From Tubiluchus corallicola (lineage: Eukaryota; Animalia; Priapulida): 64,000 bases of DNA. Below the pieces are notes generated by a model, which was given only the letters and a program-made list of their open reading frames with translations, did not search any database and was not told where the DNA came from. Where the stretch lies: NCBI GenBank assembly GCA_030141605.1, contig JAQGDQ010000116.1, forward strand, positions 248,001-312,000, in the 5' to 3' direction. This document shows positions 1 to 11,900 of this stretch, piece after piece. The stretch's first letter is position 1; every line of letters begins with the position of its first letter. The position numbers and the translations under genes were made by a program.

Positions 1-66
1 TTAATGGAGCCGTGTCGTATATCTTTTCTATTGATTGTGTTAGTAAAGTCATGTTTTTTTCTATAG

Positions 67-3000
67 ACGGAGTGTGGTTGTCAGTTTACTTCAAAACTTG
101 AAGGAATGTTTAAAGATATGACTGTTTCTAACACTACTATGGATGAGTTCAAAACTCATATACAAGCAGCACAGGTAATCAATGAACAGTTATTCGTGCA
201 TGTTTAATGTATAGGTCAACTAATGTAATAGTAAACATGTTAAGACGGATAGCTTGTAGTTATGTTCGTAATGAAAATACGTATGAATGAAAAGTCGAAG
301 ACTGTTTAACTCGGTGAATTGTACAAGTACAACTTTGGGCAGGAGGTGCTAGGGCTATTATTCCTAGCATTGTGTTAGGTTTTATTGCTACAGTGATGTG
401 ATTTTCATAAAGTTCAGTAGCACAGTTATGGTTTTAGGTCAGGGATGACGCTTTCTGCTTGTGAGTTACTTATAAAATCACCGAGTCAAAATGATCTACC
501 TACTATAAGAATGCAAAACGTCTGGGCTGATCTGCCAGCCCGATAATACAAGCCTCAGGATTGGCTGGCTGGTCTTCGTACCAGCCAATCAGATTGCTTC
601 TCGCATTTCTTGCACATTTGGGCATTTCAGTGGCGGCTTCCTTGATAGTTTTCCATGTTTTGTGATTTTGTATCGTTTTTTTTCTGAGTCTGACAGTGAC
701 ATTAATTAAAATTTCATTAGCAAGTCTGATTTCTTCCAGCCTAGCAGTGAATCTGACACTGAAACTTGTGAAAACAACCAGTAACGTATATAAAGTAGTT
801 GCTTTATTTTTTATATTTTTTTTAAAAATAGGTAACGTGGTCTACCCACACTACCTTTGTGATCAACAATCGACGTAATGGGTACCCCTGTTTTAGATTA
901 TTGTTGTGTGTGTATTTGGAAGATTATCATAATCAATAATTTAGTTTATTGGTCATTAGGTTTTTGGATTTGAGTCCATGTAACAGCGTCACGTGGATTT
1001 CCTTGTCTACGTGTAAGGATCTTTACATATTACATGCTACCTTGCAATGATTTGTGATTTTTTGTTATAAAAATGTGTTTGCTTTCCATTTAGAGTAACC
1101 TTCATGGTGTGGACTTGTATGTAAGGGTATTAACAACTGGTTTTTGGCCTACTCAGGCTTCATCCCCTAAGTGTACAATACCAAATGCACCTAGCCAAGC
1201 TTTCGAAATATTCAAGAGGTATGTTTGACAATAATAATAATAGTTTGACTGATAATTCCTTTTTGCTTTAAATGTTGTTGTACTATTTGCTTATTTTCTT
1301 TTGATCCTTTTTGTTAGGTTTTACCTGGGTAAACACAGTGGCAGGCAGTTAACATTACAGCCACAGTTAGGGTCTGCAGATCTTAATGCAACATTCTTTG
1401 GAGCATCCAAGAAGGAAGGTGAAAATTCTGGTGCAGTTACGAAATGCTCTGGACCGAGAAAACACATTATTCAAGTTTCTACATACCAGATGTGTATCTT
1501 GATGCTTTTTAATGCTAGACAAACATATACATATGAGGTACCCCATGAAGTATTTGTGTTTTTCAATTTACTTGACCAATGTGAAACTAACTTTACTTTT
1601 AAAAACTTATTTTTGCTGGCTATACTTTGGTCCACCATGCAACAGAAACATTGAACCTGTGAACCTTTAAGTTCTTACACATTTCGAGTATGAGTCACTC
1701 ATTTGCATATCTTGCTCAAAACTCTTTAATTTTCGCTTATTTTAATTGTTTCTGTACATTTATAAATGAGAAGTAACAATAATTTCACTTGATGATGAAA
1801 AATGAATCACTTCAGTCTCTCACAGATAGAAAAACATGAAGTGAAAAATTGTTTTTGGGATTTGCAAAATATTTATATACAGAAAAAGATAGTACTTTTA
1901 GTTTTATTATATGATTAAAAGAGAACTTTCACCAGTTCTCTTATTTGAATTTTATCACTTAAATTTTGAAGTAAGTGCTGTATTTTGCGCACTGTATATT
2001 GATTCTTTTTTAATGCAATACAATGCATTACTATTTCTATTTCTTTTATTATTGATTATATGTTGTATGTGCAAACAAATATTAAATCGAATAAGCGATG
2101 ATAATAATGATTTTATGTAAAAATATATTTTAGGAAATACAAAATGAAACAGACATAAATCCAAAAGACTTACTTCGACAGCTACAGTCATTAGCACTGG
2201 GAAAGTTGACACAAAGAATACTAGCAAAAGAACCCAAGTGCAAAGAAATAGGTAATTGTTTCATTTTGTGATTTACTGAAATCTTTAAGTTAAGCAATCC
2301 TTAAAAAACTGATGTAAGACAACTTGTTATTGAATGTTCTTTATAAGTAGTCAAAAAACTAATTCGTAAATTTTTGTGCTAAAATGATTGCTGTAACTAA
2401 GCCCAAAATGTTTTTACTTTGTTTGCAGAAGATTCACACACATTTTATGTCAACGACCAATTTTCTTCGAAATTACATCGAGTAAAAATACAAGCAGGTA
2501 ATTTTATTGTACGTTTCAATTATGTTTTTGTAGGTATAAACGTTGATATTTAAAACTGGGAGGTACTGCAGATTATATGATTTGAAAGTTAGAAGTAAGT
2601 GGCAGTGCATACTAGTTAGTTAATTTGTATGATTCTTTTATGGTAATTTGTGAAATTCATAACTAATTAATTCAGCTGCATTTTACTATTAATTTCATTT
2701 AACTTTTTAGTTGTAGCAAAAGGTGAATCTGATCCCGAGAGGAAGGAAACGAGATGCAAGGTAGATGAAGACAGAAAGCATGAAATTGAAGCAGCTATAG
2801 TGCGGATAATGAAAGCCAGGAAAAAAATGCAACATAATGTTCTTGTTAGTGAGGTAACTATTAAGCATTTTTGCTTACAATAACAATGGGCTGTAAAAAC
2901 CATCAGTATACCGCAGATTTTGTTATTTTAGAAATATTCACATATTTAGGCTCTATTCACAAGTAACTTGTTTGTAGATTAAATAAATTTTCTTACTCGG

Positions 3001-4571
3001 ACTTACTAGTCAAGTTTTTCTTGCAGCATGCATTTATTTAGAAGTTTATGGTACATGTGGCAAAAGTAAATCAATTCAACAGCTGTGGTTTCGTTCTGTC
3101 CTTCATCAATAATTTTGAAATTAAGATAGTAAGCAAGTAATTAATTATCCAAAGATCATTCCAGACTAATTTAATTGCAAACAATGAATCTGATTGGTTA
3201 GCAATTATTTCATTGTCATTAAACATGTGGAAATGTTGGATTGATTGGTGAGCTATTAGATTTGAATTAAGACCAGGTATTATTATAAGGGGCTGTGCAG
3301 TGTAATAGTCATTGCATCTGATGTAATGCAAAAGTCCCTAGTTCAAATCCAAACTAGTTAAGGCTTTTCACATTTCCTTCATTTTGATCGATTTGGTTTA
3401 AATAATTCATTAATTGTGGATTCATTTCATTATTAAACAGTGCTTTGTTATTTGATGCCTAGGTAACACAACAACTAAAGTCACGGTTCCTGCCAAATCC
3501 AATTCTTATAAAAAAGAGAATAGAGGGACTCATTGAGCGGGAGTACTTGGCAAGAGTTCCCGAGGATAGGTAAGTGGTACAGCTACGATTTGTTGCATTG
3601 TAGTCTTCTGTTATTAATTTTCTAAATTTTTCCTATGCTAACTTTGAATATTACAAATTTGACAAATGTGCGGCTGTTTCAAAAATATTACACAGACCAT
3701 TGTCACTAACTTATAGATTGACACATCTTATTGAACACAATCACCCCTTCCAGTCTTCAAACAGACATGTTAAGAATGCCATACATATGTAAATCTCCAT
3801 GTGCAAACGAGCCCGTATGGCCATCTATTTTTAATTGCTAATTGTAGACTAGGGAATGATTGATTTGTTCATTTATTCATTCAGTTAATCATTCATTGTT
3901 TCTGCCCTGTTTCTTTTTTTTGTTCATTTGTTTTTATTCAGTTACTAATTTATTTATTTATTCATTCATTTAGTCAGTAGCTTGCTCTCCTTTCTTTTAT
4001 CTCCCTTTTATTTATTTATTTTCGTTAATCTTTTATTCTTTTTTGAATGATATAAATAGGCCAATGTTCAGTTTTCTGTTTTGTGTGAGTAATGTAAAAT
4101 AAATACAAGAGGCAGATTATTTTCCATTTTGATTCTCAAATGCTCTATTAATAAACATGATTCTGGTAACAAATGTGTCATCAATGCAGCTGTGTGTGTA
4201 TGATAAATGGAAATAAGTGAGTGTTGTTGTTTTCAACCTCGTGCCAACTTTTGCTTTGGCAAGTACAGCCCTTGTTTGCATTCATTGCACAGCACTTTTA
4301 GTAGAGTGCTTACCGTATAGCAACAGTAACAACAGGAAAGACCAACAATGAAAGCTACTAATTATAATTTCAATTTGTTTGATTTCATTATTTAGCTACT
4401 GACTCTCCATTCCTCCTTTTCTAAACATAGACACGTACTGTAAGAGTAGATCAGTTATGCTGAACAGTGCTTGTTAAAAACCAATTACTGCTGAAATAAT
4501 AAAAGACTAAGCTCTTACTTTTCACAATGTTGCATTTTTATTTTAGGAAAATGTATACGTATGTAGCATGA
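67..4571 (+). CDS. CUL3: Cullin-3, 3' part (gene starts upstream of the window); 8 coding exons visible
   Basis: GT-AG exons 67-174, 1094-1218, 1318-1537, 2134-2251, 2429-2497, 2711-2853, 3463-3569 and 4547-4571 (TGA) splice in frame. Translation includes [54 protein letters not shown], neddylation motif [18 protein letters not shown] and C-terminus [28 protein letters not shown], closely matching vertebrate CUL3 as I recall it. Confidence 0.97.
3289..3372 (+). mobile_element. tRNA-derived SINE head or tRNA pseudogene remnant in a CUL3 intron
   Basis: GGGGCTGTGCAGTGTAATAG (decayed A box), a TTGCAT..ATGCAA stem and B box GTTCAAATCC at 3341-3350; no intact acceptor stem. Confidence 0.45.
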
Positions 4572-5567
4572 GAAGTTGATAAAGCACTTCTTCAAAGCCA
4601 GATTGGTGGCACACTTGCAGGGATGTAAATGATTAGCCAAGGTTTCATAAACTGTTGTTAATTGATGTTTATAATGTAAATATGTCTATTGTCATCAATA
4701 AAGACAACAATTTTCTGGGAAATGCTTTGTTGATGTCTAAATGCTGATATCTAAATTTGCTGCAGCAAGTCGTAGTTACAGTATTGTAAGACATGCTGTT
4801 GTGCTTAAACAAGAAAATTTATTCATGAACTGTTATTCTTGTAAATATCAGTTTCACTGTCTCCACAGTTATTGTGTTTATCGAAATTTGAATATATACA
4901 TGAAAAGCTTAGACTGGCTAGGATAGTTCTTTTTTTAAAGTGCTTTGCTTATAAAAACTTCAGTCTCTTGCAGTTGATTGTTTGATAAAAAATATTGTGG
5001 CAGTAATATTAGGTATTTATTTAAAGCGCTAAAGTGCGTTGTGTAAATTTTTAAATCACTTCTCCAAGTAAAAAGCTCTTAATAGTCAGTCATACATTGT
5101 AACTGCTTTGCTAAAGCTTCAGAAATAAAGCAAACATTTATAGTAAAAGCACTGATGTTTTCTGGTATACATTTGTGAATTTATTTCAGAACTACCATTT
5201 TCATGACAGTTTACAGACATAGTACCTATTTTTCGGCATATTGCACTTTGCGTACAAGAGATTAAAATCTCAAGAAGCTGTTCAAGAAAATGCATAATTT
5301 ATCTATGTCTGAATTGCAAAGTTTTTCTTACTGAAGATTCTCTACATTAAAAACACAGGCACAATTTCTTAAAAATGTATGTGTTAATACTTAAGTAATA
5401 CAAAGTTGTGATACGGGAAATCTCAAAATACAGCTATCATGACACCTAACCAGCATACAACCTAGAATCAAACACTACTGCATCACCAGTTGCCTCATGA
5501 TCCTGGTGAACTGTCTTTAAGTGGTATTGTCTAGATAATCTCTCTGAAAGTGTATCACATTACTTAA

Positions 5568-5879
5568 TTAAGCATAGCGGGTGTGTACACCCTGCAACAC
5601 CTTTTGCCTGGCTTTCATGAATGCCAGTATATCTGCGTCAGTTTGGCTGTCACCAGTCAAGGAAAGATCTGCCAGCTGGACATGCCCTTCAGTTTTTGGA
5701 GGTGAATGTTCTTCACTTGGAACAGAATTATCTGAATATGATTTGGATTTACTTGAGGAAACTTGTGTTGGTAATTCAATTCTTTGTTGTTTTGTTGATT
5801 GAGGTGGCCCCTAAAATGGTAATATCGATCAGGTGTGGTACAGGTATACAATTTTTCTAATCATTTTCCTCGTCGTATA

Positions 5880-5918
<39 letters not shown>

Positions 5919-8900
5919 CTATTGTAAATTGTTAAAAGTGTACCCGAGTTACCTCGACTATCTGGATCTCTTGAGTTTTTTCATTAAGCCAGCGCTCAAA
6001 GTCCTGTTGCATGGTAATTCTTGCCTTCTGCAGCAGATGCTGCAAGTGATCGATTTCAGCTTTTAATATTCGAAGCTTTTCAAATGCAGTTTGATACCTA
6101 AAAAGATATGATAATACAAGATTACTCAGTCCATACAGTCGTTGATTTTTGAAATTAAATTAGTAGTGTGAACTGTAAAAAGTAAATAAGCATAGTGGTT
6201 ACTTGAGTCTTTCTTGTTCCATTTCCTCTCGGGTTTGATTTTCTCCAGCATTTAATTCAGCTGTAGGTGTACTTGGCTTGCTTAAATTCTGGACAGCTTT
6301 AGCCATTTGGTATTGCTGTAGTCTGCTCTTTAACATATCTGACAAACAACACGAGAAACAACAATACTCCATTAATTAAAGTGACATGCAGATTATTCTT
6401 CTACATCGCCCATATAGATTTATTTTAATAAACAGACATTCTTATTTTAGCGTTTTTTAATCTGTAGTTGCATTAAAAATTGATAGATGTCAAACACTGT
6501 AAACCTCATTGTATACTCACTGACATTATCACGCGTTTGATTTATCAACTTTCCCAGGTCTTTAGCATCACCATACTTTTGCTTTAATTGCATTTTCTTG
6601 AACTCAAATTCTTGCATGTACTTGTAATTACGTCGGAAAATTTGAAAAGCTTCTGCTCGACTTTCTACATCTAAAAAATTTGCAATAAATTCCAATTTTT
6701 AGCTCCCCTGACTTTAGTCAGTAAGGGGACCTATTGCTGTCATGCAGCGTCTGTCGAGCATTGGGCGTCGTCCACAATTGACTTAATTTTGTATATTTAG
6801 CCAAAACCTTTTGTCTCAGGTCGTTAACCTTTGGCATGTGGCAACCTTGGCATAAGATGCATGTCATGTGTCAAAATGAATGAGCTAGGGTTGAAAGGTT
6901 GCGACCCAGAGGATGATGAATTTTCAAGTTATGTGGGATTTTGGACATTTTGCTAAAATCTATGTGGTAAAATGTTTTATAGTAATTTTGGACAGTACAT
7001 AATATGACCTTTCAAAAGTCCAGCAGTTGCTATGGTGTACAAGGGGTTAATTTGGTGGCTGCTAGGTTGTAAGAATGACCATTTCTTCCACAACGGATAA
7101 AATACATATTCTTTGACAATTTTGAGGCCAAACAGATGCAATGTATCGAAAACATTGTAATACTAGAGTTTTAGACGATGCCAAAATGTTGGCCCACCCA
7201 GGGTCACCCAAAGGTCATAAACAGGGAATGTCTCAATCATATCAAGTAATATCTAATTTTAAACCTTGTGGTGAGGCAGGTTTGACACTGCCAAATTTTG
7301 GCCCAGCTGTAAAGGGCATCCGCAGGGAATGTGTCATATGTAGAAGCGTTTGGACATGGTTCATTAAAACATCGAGCTTTGTTGACAAATGACTTAGTTT
7401 TCTTTATTTTGCCAAAACCTTTTGTCCTTCGTCTTAGATTTTTGGTGTGTAGTAACCTTTGCATAAAATGCATGTCAAATTTAATGACCAAGGTCCAAAA
7501 TTTTGGGCCATCTGGGGTCATCCACAGGGCATCTAAAGGAAATGTCACAAACAATTGTGTAATAATTATGGCGTAGGGTACTATAAGCTTAGAAACTCAG
7601 TATTAGAATCATTATTTTAAGGATCCGCTCTGGGCCTGACTTAGGAAGATGTTAAATGCAAAATTAATAGGAAAACAACAGAAAGCACAGCAGGATGTAA
7701 CAATCCAGGTCATTATATTTAGTGGCGGGGGGGGGGGTGAAGGCATTATCAGAGTTTTTCTGACTCTAACCCATTTGTATATTAGTAGGATGCATGGCAA
7801 CCTGATAACATATGACCCCAATGAGCCAGTGTGCTTTTGTGCTTGAGCCGTCATTCTACCACATGTGGTACAAGTTTGTTGTGATTATTGCAAATTTTTC
7901 TTCAGGGGATTTTCACCGTCATTGACGGTCTGGTTGTAAATTGTAATTGTTATTTGTTATAATGCTTATGAAATTTTGCATCTAGTCTACTTGTTAAGCC
8001 TTGTTGCTTGTGCTTTTTCTCAATGACGTAGCTAGAGCTTCTGGCGCCTGGGGTAGCACTCGAGTTTCGGGGCACCTCTCCCCCTTCATAAGAAAAATAC
8101 AACGTAGCTACATTCTTTGATTTTAAATTTGTAAAATTTAGCAGGTGTGTTGCATTGTTAAATTGTTGTGAAGTTGTTGCATTGTTAAGATGTGGAGACA
8201 ACTTGATGAAATTGATATTTGTAAAGAAATAAATTCTCTCTGCATTGAGACAAAAAGCTACGAGACGAGAGACCCACTCAGAAGCTTTTTCAAGTGTTAG
8301 CACAGTAAAGAGTGTGTCCGTAAATGTACTTCAGAGTTAACTCAAGACATGTACTGCACAGAAATTTTGAAAACAAGGGAATGTAAACATTACAAAGCTA
8401 TTAAATTGCTATTATTATCGTCTCCCATTGTCGCAAACTTCCCTGTAAATGGTATTTCTGGAAACTTAAACTGAGTCAGGTGCTTTGCTGTTCTTTTGTT
8501 CCAACAGAATCAACTTTCAGAGCACTTGATTAGAGCGCCGCTCTCTGGAAACTGTTACTGTGGCCAATTGCCCCATTAGCTACATCACTGCTTTTTCTGA
8601 AAGTGAAATACCTGTTGCAAGTTTTTCAGAGTAATCTACTGACCGAGCTTGCACTTCGGTGGAATTAGTGTTATTTTCAGGTGATAAACTGCTTGGTTGT
8701 TGTAGTTGATGAGCTTTGTTTCTTTCTTCAACAATGATCTTCTACTAGGTTTAAAAAAATTGAAAAAATTAAAATTAAATTTCAAACTTGTCAACAGTTG
8801 ATAATTGTCTATATTGTCACAGTCGTAACAGAGACTTAGTAAAGCTTCTTCTGGTTAAGCATGTAAGCACAGATTTGACTTTTTGGAAAAGAAAAGAAAA

Positions 8901-11900
8901 TGTTTGTAAACTAAAGACGCACATATAACATGTAAATATCATGCTTATTCTCCCTAAATGAAATGAATTGAAAGTCAGACGATTGACACCACATGCTAAA
9001 TACTATAGAAAACTATGCCATTTCTGTACTGTTTTTTCCATATTTACCTTAAATAAACTGTAACAGTATCGAATTTTTCTCATGTCGGCACCAACATCAA
9101 ATCGTGCATCAGGATCATTGTCTTCGATGTACCTTTGTACTGCTTCTCTACAACTGAAAATCAAGAAATCATTTAGCAAACACATATGACTTCAAACATT
9201 AATCCAAATGTTTGTGACACCAGATTAATTTTTCCAATACAGAATATAATTTATAAGAATGCAGAAAATTTAGTAATCCATGAACCTGTCAGTTTCGTAT
9301 GAAGTCAGTTCATCCACTTGTTGCTTTGTGGTTGCTAACTGCAGTTGTTGCTTCAAGTCTGCGATTTCTGCACGTAGCTTTGCAGCAAGCTGCTGCGGGT
9401 CAACTTCTTTATTCATAACCACTTCGTTCTTAATGGCAGCCACCCTTTGTGCAAACCGACAAGTGGAAATGGTTTCCTGAGGAATACATGTACCAGTTAG
9501 TATAGAAGTAGCCTTATACAGGCTGGTAGAAGTCTCCTCAACTTATTCTCATTTGCATAGAGTCAGCTTGCAGCTTTAATAAAAAAACTTCAGTGTTATG
9601 CTGTTTACCTGTATGTTTTGTCGAGTGACAGATATGTTGGCAATCATTATGGTCATACAGTTTCCGCCGAGACTGTCTCGCAGCACTGATGTCATCATAG
9701 AGTTTCTGTATGGAACATGTTGCCTAGATTGCTCAGATAAAGCAATAATAACCTACAAGAACAAAATCAGTAGTCGTCATACATCGCTTTGATACTGAGA
9801 ATACTAAAATAATATCTCCAAGTCTTCTATCCTTTAGAAATTGTTATGGTATTTGCATAATTATTATGCGCAATGAATTATGCAACTATGTAGTTTCTGT
9901 AGATCAATTCTGTAGATTAACTGTATTTTAGCTAACCAATTATTACTAGTTGGTTGTAAGCAGATGCTTTGAAACTTACTTGCTCGAGGTAGTGAAGTGA
10001 CAGATTAATGTACTTGGCTTCTGTTAGTATGTGGCCATCTATGTTATCCTTGTATACTCTCTCTGATCTTCAAATTGAGATAAATATGTTACTGATTGAA
10101 CACCTTTATTCAATCATGCATGCACGATATTTTTAAAAATGCTTTTTGCAGATGAACAGTACCATCACTCTCACAGTGTCATAAGAAATAAATTAAATGG
10201 AGTGGGAATAAATTTGTTTATAAGAAATGATATAAAGCTAACGAGCTTTCTTCAATTTTTTAGCCATCATTTTTCCTTATCATGCAACACGATCTTTCAG
10301 TTTTTTTTCAATCATTATAAAATGTTACCCAGCCAAATCAACTATGTGAAATTTGCTCCTTCTGATCATTGCATTACCCTGCTCCCGTGCTGTAATGTGA
10401 AGTGTGAAAATACAATGGGATCTTGTTGATGCTTGATTTACTGGAGTCTGGAAAATTATAAGAAATAATTTAGGAGAAACTGAAAAGGCATTCTTTAAGG
10501 TCATAAACACAATCATTAGCACATAAATGTATTGAACTTTTCTCTTACCACTATTTGTGCCAGTATTTTATATACATACATGGACGAACATAATTACAAT
10601 TTATTTATTCTGACGAGCCATAATTATGGTACCAAATTATCAGATATCTGTTACCGTAATTTAGTGTTTTTTTTGTTTTATTTAACGATAGTTATCAGCT
10701 AAATGTTTAGATTTCATAAGAACAATAATCTCTTCCTTCAATAGATGGCGCAAGTAGTCAAGCAGGATACATTTTTTGACAAAATTACAGTCAAGTTCTA
10801 CCGAATAGATCATAATCAAATAATATTGCAACCTAAACAAAATATTAAGTAGCTACTACCAGAGAAAAACCCTGAAATACATCATTAATTTTGTAGCATG
10901 GGCTGACTTGAAACCATAAACTTAAAACAAGCTCGGTTTTCGAGGGGCAGTAAACCTTAGTGTGGAGTTTAGGAACTAAACATGACCTAACAAATACCAA
11001 AAATAACGTTATCCCAGTCGGCTGGGCTTTGTACATGCCTCCGCTATCATCCTGTTTGTATCTCCAAGAAAAAGTAAATTAAGAGCTTGTTCTTCTGATG
11101 TAATTGTATGGCGAGCAAGGTTGTGCAAATGAACATTTTGTTCAGAGTCTTCCATAAGGTGAACTTTTCTAAAACACATCAGAAACATTAGCTAAATTGC
11201 ACTCTTAAAACATGCGTGTGTCTCATGGCTGAGTAAAGAGTCAAAAGGAGACATTTTGTTGAGAACGCGTGAAAAGAAAAACTAAGTTTTGGAATTAATT
11301 TTTGCGCACGAAGCCTGCGCATTTTCGGGTTGCGCTTTCTTTGTAAAACTCTACATTTTTGCATAGTTGAATTTTTCGATTAAATCTCCTTAAATATCAC
11401 ATTTTAGTTTTCTATAATAGTCCTAGTGGTTTACTGAAGTAATTTTACGTAGTTAGTTTTACGTACGTATAATATAATTAATATTTTTATGTAGTGGTTA
11501 CACGTGAAACACCGCATCTTGGTGAAAGTGCTTATGACAAAATGTCTTAGCATGCTGTTTAATTATGCAGTATGTTCAATCGGATAATGCTTAATATAAA
11601 TTCAGATTCATTTCAACGATTAGAGTCAGCATTAGATATCTTATAAAAACGCGTTAAAAATGTTTTCGTTGGATTATCCACATAGTTCATTTCTAATATG
11701 CCATATTTTTATTTAGCCATTTTAAACTGAACTTACGGTAAATCTTCCAGCCTAGATGACTCGTGCTTCGGATTGAGTAAATCATAAGCGTTTTCGTTGT
11801 AGATTTCTAGATACGAGATTTCAGTAGTGTAATTCCAACCAGAATTCTGAAAATGTTTAACCAAAATTTACAAACTATTGGTCAGTTATTCACTTATAAC

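Noticed and set aside
525-615. Hairpins GGGCTG..CAGCCC and GATTGGCTGG..CCAGCCAATC in a CUL3 intron
   Set aside because: Looks like the palindromic centre of a decayed non-autonomous DNA element; no ncRNA family features.
5581-9792. Several + strand ORFs (5581, 5621, 9280, 9598)
   Set aside because: Antisense shadows of KIF6 exons.
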